Source of the DNA: Tubiluchus corallicola
Lineage: Eukaryota > Animalia > Priapulida
Assembly (NCBI GenBank): GCA_030141605.1
Contig: JAQGDQ010000410.1
Span: forward strand, 1-64,000
Length of the DNA: 64,000 nucleotides
Direction of reading: 5' to 3'
The position numbers and the translations under genes are program-made. Numbering within the stretch: the first letter of the stretch is position 1; every line of letters starts with the position of its first letter. This document shows, piece after piece, positions 25,301 to 51,273 of this stretch. Below the pieces are notes generated by a model. It was given only the letters and a program-made list of their open reading frames with translations. It did not search any database and was not told the DNA's origin.

Positions 25301-27748
25301 AATAACTGATGCACTAGTAGGGTTTGCTATTTTTGTTACCTTCGTCACGATGTTCAAGAACTTCAACAACCGTCCAGTAGCTGTTCGGGAATCTTGCACG
25401 TTCGGGAGACAAGTCTTTCACAGTCCATGCGTGGTGAAGAAGCACATTGTTCACAGTGAGAGAACAGCGTGGTCCAGATGATGTTCTGAGTTTCCGCTGT
25501 TAATTTAAGTTGGCAATCGAAGGACTCGTGCCAGGCTGATTTTATACCTCATTTCTAGCCTTACAGTCGTCGCCTTAGCAACGTTTTTCCAGTTAAAAAT
25601 AAAGGAAAAACAGAACTACCAAAGGCTTCTTCTTTGAAACTTCTTTTAAGAGCTTGCTGAGATTGGAGAAAAATTTCAAGGAAACCCGAACCCCACCTTA
25701 AACTATACTCAAACAGTTTACCCTATAGAGTATTGAAAGAGAACAAACATTTTTTTCAAAAATGACTTTACGTGAAAGAATTATTACTAAATGATGGTTA
25801 GTTCTTTGCTATTACACTTATTTCGCCATTCACTAGTTGGATGGGCACTAACACCTGCATCTCAGAAACGCTTTGCACTAAAAGAAATACTGTACCTCTT
25901 ATTTCAGAGGTGGCCAGTTGTGACGTAGTACACACGTTCGGTAGCTCATGCGAGAGCACAGGGGCAACTTTGAAACTGAATTTTTAAACTTAAAATTTGC
26001 CGAGTTTTTGTCACTTCCCCACAGTTAATTAAGTCTTTAACCTATTATTTAATTACCAGAAACGCTTCGGCGTTATTATAGGTCTTAAAATGTACACTTT
26101 TACCGTACTTCAAAATGGGGTTAGATATGAAAAATCATCTTGTTTTCCTTTAACAAGAAAATTAGAAATTAAAGTTTAAAAAGTAACTTTTGAAACACCC
26201 TAACTTGCGCAATAGTACTGAACGTCTGTAGGCAATATTGAAGACTGAGCAACGTTATTGCGCTGTGTGCTCGAATTAAAGTCAATACTATTGCGACAAT
26301 TATTTTAACTGAGGTGACTTTTTAGACTTCAACAGATCTTGATACACAGAAAGTGTGGCGTAGAATTGCTAGAAATCATCAGAAAACGATGTTTGTGCCA
26401 GAAGATGCATCCATGATACAACGTGTTGCTGCAGGTCAGACAGCATGGATCGGTGGACAGCGGGTAATAAAAACAAACACGTCTATTTGTCAGTTTACCG
26501 GTTTTGTTTCTGGCTTTTTTAACTTATTGATTAGTTGACTTGAAAAGCTGACTGGTTAACTAACTGAGTGACTAGCTTACTGACACTAGCTCGATGGCCT
26601 GGATAGTTAACTAACTGACTCCCGACTGCCTGTATGCCTGGCCATTGAATGACTAACTGACCAACCAATTGGCTGGTTGACTGACTGACTGACTCACTGA
26701 CTGACTGACTGACTGACTGACTGACTGACTGACTGACTAACCGACCGACCGACCGACCGACCGACCGACCGACTGACTGACTGACTGACTGACTGACTGA
26801 CTGACTGACTGACTGACTGACTGACTGACTGACTGACTGACTGACTGACTGACTGACACAGACGGATTGACTGACTGACAAACATAGTGGCTGTTTGTTT
26901 ACTGGTTGGCTCACTTGTTCATTCGTTGAATTGTCATTGTTTGCCTGCTTTGCTGGTTGTTTTTTCATCCATTCATGCATTTGTCCTTTCATTCAATTGT
27001 TTTTCAGTTGATCCATATTTTCTACATTATATACGGGTTTTGATTTAGCCAGTAAATTCTAACTAAACATTCTTGCTTTCAATGCTAAGACGGAAATACA
27101 TTTTTTTATTTCAGCGAGTCTTGCAATTCGTAAGTTTTGGTTGATTTTTGTATGGAACCCGGACATCAGCATTACAAACCGTAGTCTGGTTAGACGACTT
27201 TTTGTGCGGAAACAGAGTAGTCATTTACATAGGTTAAGGACTTGCAGATCATGCACAGAAACTAGTAGTTGCCTAACTTATACTTTCAGACACTTGAGTA
27301 CCAAGCAAGTCTTTCTTGTAACGTCACACTAATTAAAGAATTGTATGGATCTGCGCTAGTTGGCATTCCTTTTCGAAAGGATTTTCCTCACATGGATGTT
27401 ATATCGAAGGAGTAAGTAAAATTGCTCGACGTATTTTTCTTCTACACAGCCCGAGTAATACGCGACGAAAACCAGGCAAATAGTTAACTTTGCACACATT
27501 TTTATAGAATCAACACCATGGTACAGACTGGTATGGTAGAAAAATGGAAATCAAAATGGTGGCCAGTGAACTACAAATGTGTACCTAATGCCGAGCGGCG
27601 GGAAATGCAAGACACAAGTCAGCTGACACTTGGTCTCTCGCAGATGCGTTTTCCTTTCTACGTTCTTGTCATAGGAGTGGTGACGTCATGGACGATGATG
27701 CTTGCAGAACGCTGCTGCTGGCGAAGGGGTATCATCGAACCTGTTTGA
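19370..27748 (+). CDS. Divergent ionotropic glutamate receptor / IR-like gene 3 (10 coding exons, about 680 aa; start codon uncertain)
   Basis: Exons ~19370-19637 (in-frame ATGs at 19325/19370/19382, or an acceptor at 19407), 20212-20429, 21112-21453, 21793-21893, 22462-22555, 23603-23909, 24407-24621, 26326-26463, 27290-27411, 27508-27748. In frame, GT-AG. Motifs DPPY, GFALDIFDELSHRLNF, YSISQER, DFTPP, FLQQG, VYTANLAAFLTV, TGMVEKWKSKWW, M4. Confidence 0.92.
24648..25027. mobile_element. Two adjacent, oppositely oriented copies of a Harbinger-like MITE
   Basis: Copy 1 has TIRs cagatatgccgaatgcgttatgcgtt / aacgtataacgcattcaggatatctg. Copy 2 has ends taaagtggcgtttg / taaacggcacttta and an internal sequence that is the reverse complement of copy 1. 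Confidence 0.65.
26680..26880. repeat. (GACT)n/(GACC)n microsatellite with degenerate flanks
   Basis: Long perfect tetranucleotide run. Confidence 0.95.
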
Positions 27749-29524
27749 TATTAGGCAAGGACATCAAAAGTAAACTTTGCTTTAAAATCCTCGCTGCCCT
27801 TATGTGTTGAAGAGAGTTACGTGTTTATGCACAAATATTTTCAGTTATTTCAAATTACCGTAATTAGGTTCACTGAATCTTCTGTATATATCAACTTGCC
27901 AGTTGCACGTTTTCTGTGAAGGTTGTTTGTTGTTTAGAATAATTATATTTAATTTAATCATAGTTTACAATGTTTGTGTCTGCAATAACTTTTTACTCAT
28001 CAATACGAAAAGCTATTCTAATTCACGTGCTTATTGCAAAGTGCCATTGCTAAAACAAGGTGGTGCTGGGGCACAGAATTCTTACAATTAATGATTCCTC
28101 GATTTTGTGTTTAATACTCAAATATAATTTACTACTTCACTCTCTAATTAGCGTTACTACAAAATAAAGTGAAATCTAAAGTTGAACCTTCACTCTACAA
28201 TTAACTTACGTGACGCAGTCAAAAGCATCTTAAGAAAAAATGACGTGAAAGAATTAAATGATGGAAGCGATATTGAAGTAGTTGTGTTATCGTAAATGCA
28301 GTTTCGTGCCCGAACAGTAAATCAGTTACAGGTGATTATATTTCACGTAATTTATTCATAAATAATTCGTACAATTAGTGATATTTAACCACTATTATCG
28401 ACTTAGCTCATATATTGCTTATGCACGTCTTTTCTCACATGTATGACAATGGTAATTCGCAGAGATTCTCGTGAATCTACTAAATGAAATAATTCTCATC
28501 TCATGATTTTTTTAATTGCATTCACCTATTACACACACACTTACATTTTTACAAATTTGTGGAAAGAGAACATGCAAAAAATCGAAGCTATACAATAAAA
28601 CTATTCACAATGCAAAGTTTTAGTACATTTTTTCAGCATCAATGAAACCGTCTAGCTTAGCAAAGTGTTGCTGTGCCAACCCCTTGCATCACAAACTAAA
28701 ACCGTAACTAGAACGCAAATTGAACGCAGATCTTTAAAAAATCTTTGAGGCGATGATGACGATGGCAGTGACTGCAGTTGTTGTCATTATCGTTCTTGTT
28801 GCTATTGGGTTGCCGTTGCGGTGGCTATGGCCATCGTCATTGTTGTTGAGAAAATTAAAATCAATAATATCCGAGCCATTTCGTGATACACACCATCTTA
28901 CGCTAAAACATCTCATCTTGCGTCTGTCCCATTAATTCGGCTCACATACTACACTAACATCATATATATCATGATTGTTAATTTTTATTATTATCAACAT
29001 CATCATCATCGTCGTCATCATCACAACTGTAATAATTCACTGACATAAATGCAACATTAAACATAAACACATCAAAACAAAAGAAATACTACTGCTAATA
29101 ATAATAATAATAATAATAAGTAATCATTCTACATATACTGTCACGTTTACACTATTCAATAACATCGCAGTGATAACATGCAATATTATCGTCACGAGAA
29201 CAAATTTAATATATCAGTAATTATTTTTGTACGTGTTTCCAGGTTTAAATTGAATACACCATCTGTGTTGTTAAAAGTCATATATATATATATTATATGT
29301 ATTTTACATTTTGTTCTGTTACTCTACACCGCGCTAGTATCTGTTGTTCAGTTTATGCATATTACTTACACAGTCTAATATTACATGTTTCTGGGGGCTT
29401 AGGCCATCTCGCTCCAGACTTAAGAAAAGCCCAACACATTTAAATATATATATATAAAACGAAAAGGCCTGAATCCCGCAGAAAGGCATCACTTTTTGTG
29501 GTATAGTTTGTCATTACTTTCATT

Positions 29525-42605
<13,081 letters not shown>

Positions 42606-44327
42606 CTGAAACGAAAGTTTATTGTCACAGTAAGGTAGTGACATTTTAATAGTACTTAACAGCTATATTGCTTTAGAAAAATGAGGCTACAGAATTTCAG
42701 ATGCGCTTGTAAGAGTTCCGTAACGATGCAGTGCCGAAATGACTTATCATTCAGGCTAAGGTATGCTTTATCTTCCTGCCTTCAATATTTTTGATACTTT
42801 GAAAACTCTACTACGTGTGCATGAAATTTCTATTAGGTAAGCAGCGACTTATAAACTCGGTCATTTCTGGTTCCTACAATTTGGTAATGTTACTAATCCA
42901 TCATTAATCTGAGCTATACTGCTAATAACTACTAATAACACCAACCGTTACAACTATTATTGTAACTGAAATCAACACTAAATATGACTTACATTACCGT
43001 GCACTTAGCAGACAGAACTATACGAAAAATCCCGAATTCTGATGTGAGCTGTGACACGAAGTGAAGTGAATGAATTTTTACCTGACACGCTGGTCTTCAT
43101 TCTGGCACATTTATTGTAAGTAGTCTATTGCTCCAACAATAAGTTTCACTTTTAAGTACAATTTTCTTATGCACTTCATTCTCTATCACCAAGCAAGGCA
43201 GTAGACTGTTAATGTACCATATCACCTGCTGCTAAAGCTCACATTTTTCGTTATGATGTGTTTGTTTGCGTGCTGGCGAATTGTTACATTAAACAATGTA
43301 CCAATCAATTATTAAGCTTAAATTATGCATGAATTATATTCTGTCTATCATGAGTGTCACGTAAGCTCATATGTATGACAGCGTTAGTAAAAATATGAAA
43401 CCAAAGTGAAATTGCTATATATATATATATAGTATATATAATATATGTCAATTGTACAAGGTCTGTCAAATATATCTAAGCCAAAATGAAAATTCTATGA
43501 AATGCGCCGTTCTTTTTATGGTACTTTTTGCACCAAATAAGAGATGTAAATGCATAACTGGTGAAAATTTTACTGTTTAAATCTTTTGATAGCATTGAAT
43601 ATATTTCTTACAATTTGTGACTTAATATTACTTGTTCCTTGGGGAGTTAGGTGCAGATGCAGGAAAATATTAAACACAGAACTTGCCACTGTTGAGGAGG
43701 AAAAATGATCATGAGTGTGCTTGTGGTACATCTGCAGATTGTACCTGGCTATCTGCTCGAGGACGACTATCCTTAATTATTTATAGAGAAACCTATACAC
43801 GGCTACAAAAGTAGTTCGGTTTGCAGTTACTTCACAGCAATCATTTAGTACCACAAATCCTTGTCTAGTAGACATTTAAAGCATGAAAACACTGTTAAGC
43901 AGGCCAGTATGTATATATGAACATTTTCTGTGTGTATGAACAACATTATGTTGTTTTAGCATTATATTTTGAACTTCACTCATGCATATCCAATATACTA
44001 TGTCACCTCAGCTATTTACGAAACCGCCTGCGGACGAAAAACATATGTCTTATGTTTCAAGCTTTTAACAAAATTGTTTGGGGAAATTGCCAAACCTCGA
44101 CCTGGTTGAAATTTGAGCAATTTGTAGTCAACCATTGTCGTAGAATATTAATATCTGACACAGCCGCTCATAAATCCGTGTCTATCTCTCTCGGCATTCG
44201 CCCACCTTTGCGAAAATTGAAAGACAATTCCTGGCAAAGAGCGTCAGTGATCATTGCGCCAGGTAGAGAGCAAGCTGACAGGACTAGTCTGTTATTTCGT
44301 TTCCTATATGAACCTTCGCTCTTTACG

Positions 44328-45281
44328 ATGCATAAGATGAATATGACAATAGTGTTTATATTAAGTATCTCTATAGCCTTGTCATTTTGCTTAAACTACA
44401 ACCAACGAGTTTATGAGAATCCAAGACAACTAAAGGTAAGCATGTAAATTATCTTGAGCAGTACAAATATACACACAAGTTTGTTTTCTATACAGTCTAC
44501 TGCAAAACCATACAAAATTTTTAAGGTATCCGAAATTTCGCTCATATAATTATGGCCTATCATAATAATCGCGTACAATAATCATATTATAACAGTGTTG
44601 ATGATGATGATGATGATGATGATGACGATGATGATAAAAAGAAGAAAAATGTTCTGTTATTGTAATGTAATAATGTAGGAATGTGTTATTATTGTGATGA
44701 TATATTTCAACAGAATTTGTTTATCGTTTCAATTAATATAACTTGGTAAACAGTTCTTTGTTTTGGGCGTTATAATTTTTCAATCGTTTTAATTACGTTT
44801 AAATTTATTCATGTAGCCGCGAACAAAGGAAGCGTAGAGTTATTAACATAAGTTTCTTCAGTTGTGTCTTCTTCCGTTTTATAGGCAGTTAAAAGTGAAT
44901 GCGGACAATGCTGTTTCAACCGTATACACCATCACCTATAAAAGCAAAATTGATACACCATAAATATATTATATGATACACAATAATAAAAATCGCGGGA
45001 AATATTTGTAACACGAAACGGGTTTCCCTGGCTTATTTACTGATTTGAAGGGCCTTGACAGCTGTATAGGTGGTGTCTTAACGCAGTTATATTCTGAAAA
45101 AGAGAGGAGGGAAAACAGTCGCTTATTTGGTAAAAGCAAAATTTAATGCGCTAAAGGAAAATATCTTGCTTTATGCAGGGCCTATTTCAGAGGGCGGAAG
45201 TGGGGATACGTTCCCGGGGCCTAAACCTCCAGGGGGGCCTCGCGCCAAGGTAACTTTTTTTGCTTTATGCGAACATACTGC

Positions 45282-45352
<71 letters not shown>

Positions 45353-48300
45353 CCTCCCTCTCTCTCTCTTATTTAGCGCTTGTGTCATACATTGTTTTTT
45401 GCCTGATTCTCTAATGCTGTCTGTCATTGTACCGATTGTGAAAGACAAAAATAAGGAAATTACAGCCAAGAATAATTATAGGCCAATAGCACTATCCACA
45501 GTGTCGAGCAAACTATTAGAAATTTTGTTTTTAAGCAGATACGGTAACTCAATTCAATCAACACCAAATCAGTTTGGTTACGTGGATGAATTGGGTACAG
45601 AAATGTGTTTGTATACCATGAAAGAAGTTATCGACTATTACATTCAACGCCAGAGTCCAGTACACATATTGTTCTTAGATGCATCTAAAGCTTTTGACCG
45701 GGTAAATTACTACAAAATGTTTCTAAAACTGGTCGATACTGATATGCCTAACATTATTATAAGATTATTAGCCTTTTACTACTCTCGACAAACCATGTTT
45801 GTGAGGTGGGGAAATTTTTGCTCTAGCACATTTAAAGTCGCAAATGGTGTTCGGCAGGGTGCAAAAATGTCGCCCATACTATTTAATTTATATTTCAGAG
45901 ACTTGAGTTCTGACCTCACATCTACCGGTCTAGGTTGTCAGATAGGTGGTACTTATATAAATCACCTTATGTTTGCTGATGATGGATGTTTACTAGCATC
46001 CACTACCACTGCTTTACAAACTTTAGTTGATATGTATGTTGATTACGCAAATAGTCATGACATAGTAATAAACGTAGATAAGACTAAACTCATAACAATT
46101 ACACCCCCCAGTATGTGTGGGTTCAATTTCAGTTCACCTGAGGTAGCCGGTAAAATAATTATACCGTGTGAAACAGAAAAGTATCTTGGCCATATCATCA
46201 CCAGTGATAACAAAGATGACATGGATGTTATCAGACAACGAAGTCTGTTTTGTGATAGAGCGAACCGTATTCTTAGAAAATTTCATCATTGTTCACCTAA
46301 TGTCAAAACTCATCTGTTCAACTCTTATTGTAATTCTTTCTACGGTATGGCCACCTGGCGACATTTTTATAACTACAGTCTCAGCAAACTTAAAGTAGCT
46401 CACAATGTTTCAAAACGCAAACTTTTCAACTACCCATATGATTATAGTTCTAGGACCATTTCAGTAGACCACGATGTTTTATACTTTGATGTAATACGTA
46501 GGAAAACTGCATACAGTTTATACATTAGAGTAATGCAAAGCTCAAATCTTCTCATAAACGCATTGAATAACAGTGAAGCTTTTTACACTTCAGACATAAG
46601 AGACCAGTGGAGGAAAGTGTTAGGACGATTCAGGCTGGACGCATGATATTGTATATATATATATAGACTGTACTGTTATTTTATTTATTTATGTATTAAT
46701 TTGCATGTGTTGAGAGGAGGTGTTATAATTATTGTATGTCTTGTAATTATTGTATGTTATGTATTCTATGAACTTGGTTCGAAATAAAGAGTTAAATCAA
46801 AATTAAATCAAATCAATCTATATAAGATCAAGGAATTAATGGCCGCCGTTGTAAAAATAAAAAAACTAAATATGTGATCCTTTTATTTTTAAAACTGTAT
46901 TCAGGATGTCTGTTTAAAAATTTTATTAATAGTCTTTAGTATATTTAAAAATAATGCAGATAATAATATAGCTAGATGATATTTTGAATGTTTTTATCTG
47001 CTATTATTATTGACGTTATTACTAACTATTTTAATTAATTTGATATTCTTATTTAGGAATAATTTCTATGTATTTTTGTAAATTTGTAATATTATCTGAA
47101 ATGTTATGTTTGTTTGTATGTAAATAACTATTGTAATTTAACTGTACCTATAAATAGAGGTAAATAAGTATTAAGTATTAAGAACTGGTCTTGAGAATAA
47201 AGCAGTTTTTCTTTCAATTGTTCTTTCCTTTAACAACTGTATAACTCCATATTTTCTCTTCGAAAGTGCTTCTCCGGCGTTTTAGCAGTTCAAAAATTTT
47301 CTGGGCGTCAACCGTGGTGGCGCCCGCTCCCCCCCCCCGGCGCTAGTCTTCTGTGTAACTATCACCATAACTATGTACTCTGCATTTTTAAATCATCCTT
47401 TACCATGCATGAAATCGCTTTTACACCTTATATATATATATATATATATATAAGTGTAAAATATATTAATATTATACTGCATGTATCTATAACGTTATAT
47501 TTTTTGCGCACAAATAAGACTTTGGTCTCCGTAATGACCACCTTATCGTTTTAAAATTTCTATTACTTTTATTTGCAAATGTGTGCATGTAGTTTCTATT
47601 CTGCATAAATCATTCCATGTCTAAGTGTTTTTTTTTAAATACAGTAAACTATTAAGATAAAAGACTGTCAAAATGCAGAATTCGTCTGAGATGGTGCCTA
47701 TTCTTTTGTCGATAAATTAACATACTTGTTAGTCGGTTCTCTTGATGACTGACTGCTACATGACACTAGATTACACATGTCTGGTCTCTCTGGTCTGGCT
47801 TATTGAATGGTATATTGGATTGACTCGTATTAATCAGTTTAGCTGTAATCGACTAGGTTTTGCTGCTGTTCGATACTGCCATCTTCTTTGTCTTGTTTTA
47901 GCCCTGTCTGTAACCCCTTTTATATTGTCTGGTTTATTTTAGATGGCACAGATCACTTTTATGCACTCTCCATTTCTAGGACAGTCTGGGAAAGTCTATT
48001 AATAAATAACATAATATACATAAGGCTGCTTCTAAATATTTGCCATGAAGTCAGCAGACAGATTTCTTACCTGCACACAATCACGTTTCCTAGTCTAAAT
48101 GTCGCACAAAGTTCAGTAAATTATTTTCATCTAGTCGCCAATATATTTTTAATAACCTGTAAAATGGACTTTTCAGCTCTTAAACGTTTTTTGACGCCGC
48201 TTTTAAGTTTTTAGCAAGACGCAGCACGATATTACTGTTAATAATAGAACGACACCGTGACATTCAAACAGTCATTAAAAATAGTACCGACATTCGTGCT

Positions 48301-51273
48301 CAGCAGGAATCAAATGGCAAAACGTAGCCTACACAAATCTTAGCGTTTAAGCGTAACTTACTATTTTTATACAAGTGGAAATCCAGCAAGCCGGAATGCA
48401 ATATTTCATGGCAGGTTCTACTCAAACTGCAGGGGTTTGGCAAGACTGGAACCTGGCTTATTGTCAAGGCTGTGTCTCTAGGATGAGCCACTGAACTAGC
48501 AGAGATATTTCAGCCACAAGAATGGTAATTTACTTACTACACAGTAAAATTGAAAAATTTTATGGAAGTCAGCGGAGCGTTTCTATAATTTATAAATTAC
48601 TGGGCAAAAATATACAAAGTAACACTTATAACATTATGACTTTAACTTTAACTTAAGTTTATAACTTTTCTATGTCTTTTCTTGAGAACTGAACCTGCAC
48701 AATTGCACAAAGCTTGGTATTAATCTCAGGTACAAGTTGGCGACATACATTCAAAATATAGAACAAGAATGGAGTAAGTCAATCTTAACTACTTGGGAAT
48801 GGATTTGTTTTAAATTGGTGTCCGAAAAAAAGTATTGGCAATATTTTCCTTTAAATTTAGTATCGTGCAGACTTGATTGCAACAGAATTTTATTAATAAA
48901 ATAATTACTTTTTCGACTACATTAATTATTACAGTAATTGTATTTCAGCATAATGTATATAGGGTGAGATGTGCTAGAACACTAGATAATGCGGAATAAT
49001 AAGCTTAAGGCTTTACTAAAAATAAATATATATATATATATTTATATTATATATTTATATTATATATTTATATTATATATTTATATATTATATATCTATT
49101 TATATTATATATATATATAAAATTCCTCTCCTCTTGCTAATAAAAACCGGAAAAACAATGTCTATACTACTTTGTTATTTCTAATAATGCCTGAAGCACA
49201 CTGCCATCAGCCATTTTTCGATATTAACCCATTTTATGTTCTTTTTTCATACTTTCGCGTAGTACAGTTACACAATAAATTTAATCATGCTGTTTATAGA
49301 TACCAATCGTGCCACCTTGTGTCGTGGAGACGAAATACAATAGCAGCAATACTGCTACAATTTATAAGTTTGTTAGTCAGTCAGTCTGTGAGCCAGCTAG
49401 AAATATACTCAGTCTATCGACCAGTCGTTCGGTTTGTTTATGGACAAAAGACAAAGACACTTATTTACTGTCGCTATGACAACAAACAACATTAGCCATA
49501 GGCTACTATAAGCGATTCTTAACGAATACAATAACACTGGGACGCCATAAATATATAACACAGATAACAACTGTTTGTGCCAATACAGGTGGTCGTAAGA
49601 TTCGAACTCGCAAACAGAGAAGCACCCAGTCCATTACCATAAGCACTCGGCCACCCGTACTGATACGATGGGGAATACGGTTTATAATGTATAATTTATA
49701 TTGGTCATAATTATTACAGGTATCCTTGCATGCCGCTGAACGTTTAACAAAAGATAATGCATTTCAACGGCAGAAGAGAAGTACAAGTGAAATGCCGAAC
49801 CGAGAAGATTTCCTGCACCTAATTCCACCACCGCCAGAACATCCCGAATGTAATGTCGAATTTACCGAATTTGTAGTAAGTATAAATATCGGTTTAACAT
49901 TGCCATGTAAAGCAGTAGTGTTAATCCTGCCGATGCTACGGAAAAACACGATAAGTTTCGTTGCTGTATTCGTCGACCAAAAGAAGCTAAAATACTTAAA
50001 TGTAGAACTCTGTACCGATTAGTCGACAATATGCGGATCAGTTTTAATCGGTCGGCTTGCTAACAGTTTCGGTATCATTTTTTACTTCATTCCACATATT
50101 TCATGGCGGCTATCCCACATTTAAAGCTAAATTTGGTAATTGGGTTGATGACGGTAGTGAATGTTGCTACTTTTTAGTCTTGATTCTAACATTACAACAG
50201 GTATTGAACTAATATAATAAATACAAGTTCTGGTGGATACCGGTTATTTGGTATTTGGTATTTGTTACATAAGCAACTCACTATAATTATAATAAATTGG
50301 AAATTTATTTGCAATTCCCCTCATAATTCAAATACCCTAACCCTAACCCTAGTAACACCGACACCAACCCTAGCCCTGACACTAATCCTAAACCTAATCC
50401 GCTTCAGGAACTAATTTCTTGTGTGCGGGGAATTGTAAACATTAGGCCAAATAAATTTATTGCATTTTTATTTGAAAAAGCCAACGTTTCTACTGCACTT
50501 CATCGTCAGGAAGCCTGCAGTAGAAACATTGGATGTTTCTACTGAAAATTCATTCAATTTATTTTATTGTGGGTTGTTTATGAAACAGATATTGTTCTTG
50601 TTATAAAGAATTTACAAAGCTTTGTCCTATTTTTGTCTAAGCTGCGGTTATACTGGGTGTCAATACAATTGTGAAAAATTATTAACCGCGGAACTGAATA
50701 ATATTTAAGGTTAAGGTTGTTATGATCACCGACAACTGTCATGCCTTATTGTGATCAATGTGTGGACACCAATGGTTGCAGGAAGGACACCACATATTAT
50801 ATTGGGCGATTTTTGCCAACGATGTTCTATGGCCAGGGTTTTTCCGTTAGGTTTTCTGAATAATTGTACACAAACAGAGGAGATACAAGCCAGAGAGTGA
50901 AAGACTCGGTATATTGCAATATGAGAATGAACTATCGTTTACTGTGTTTGCAGTGAGTTTTTACCCTTTTACCCTATTTGTCATTCTAATTCTTACTCTG
51001 TATGCCTAAACATTTTTAAGAGGCCTTGTTAAAAAATCCTAGTATTATAAATTGATTCCAGAAAATGTCATTTGGACTAATCTGTGACAGCAAGAGAAAG
51101 ATTTTTAATTTTCTTGTGAGATACTGTTTAAATATTATATTTGTTATTTTTAGACAAGAATAATGCCAGGAAGCTGCACTAGACTCGGTGGAATTCCAAC
51201 ATGTCGATCTCAAGAATATCTAAATCTATGGAGTGAAGAATGCTCAAACCACAGATCTAACACAAATCAGTAA
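44328..51273 (+). CDS. Small secreted cysteine-containing peptide precursor (about 127 aa), uncharacterised
   Basis: Exons 44328-44435 (AAG|gtaagc), 49720-49875 (tacag|...GTA|gtaagt) and 51154-51273 (ttttag|...TAA), all phase 0. Product: MHKMNMTIVFILSISIALSFCLNYNQRVYENPRQLK-VSLHAAERLTKDNAFQRQKR-STSEMPNREDFLHLIPPPPEHPECNVEFTEFV-TRIMPGSCTRLGGIPTCRSQEYLNLWSEECSNHRSNTNQ. Extra small exons in intron 1 cannot be excluded. Confidence 0.72.
45284..45368. repeat. (CT)n microsatellite at the 5' junction of the RT fragment
   Basis: Visible run. Confidence 0.95.
45369..46818 (+). mobile_element. 5'-truncated non-LTR retrotransposon with an uninterrupted RT ORF (clade uncertain, possibly RTEX-like)
   Basis: Stop-free frame to 46646: NNYRPIAL, QFG, FLDASKAFDRV, GVRQG..MSPILFNLY, HLMFADD, KYLGH. 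Then a 3' UTR, AATAAA at ~46783 and an (AAATC)n-like tail. Confidence 0.92.
49025..49120. repeat. AT-only low-complexity tract
   Basis: (TA)n mixed with tatattta repeats. Confidence 0.85.
49588..49660 (-). pseudogene. tRNA-derived sequence (Ser-like tRNA pseudogene or SINE head)
   Basis: Minus strand reads gggtggccgagtgcttatggtaatggact...gcgagttcgaatc, giving an A box and a B box. The 5' half resembles tRNA-Ser, but the anticodon arm is incomplete. Confidence 0.55.
50309..50438. mobile_element. Small MITE-like element with a degenerate (CCCTAA)n core
   Basis: Inverted ends ttgcaattcccc / ggggaattgtaa enclose accctaaccctaaccctag...aatcctaaacctaatcc. Confidence 0.55.

Noticed and set aside
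25120-26155. Kolobok-like element with TTAA ends
   Set aside because: The ends ttaaagagg / cctttaa are suggestive, but I could not match the TIRs beyond a few bases or find a convincing coding remnant.
26531-26992. (SQSV)n ORFs
   Set aside because: They translate the (GACT)n microsatellite.
43917-44327. N-terminal 137 aa of the 176-aa ORF
   Set aside because: No recognisable features. The signal peptide only makes sense with initiation at 44328 or 44337, so this is probably promoter or UTR.
45267-46646. Domesticated RT gene or retron-like system
   Set aside because: The 5' truncation, missing endonuclease, 3' UTR with AATAAA and short-repeat tail indicate an ordinary recent LINE copy. The ATG is supplied by flanking DNA.
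49588-49660. Functional tRNA gene
   Set aside because: The anticodon stem-loop is incomplete and the acceptor stem pairs poorly.
50334-50400. True telomere or fusion site
   Set aside because: Only 2-3 perfect hexamers, internal, and enclosed by MITE-like inverted repeats.
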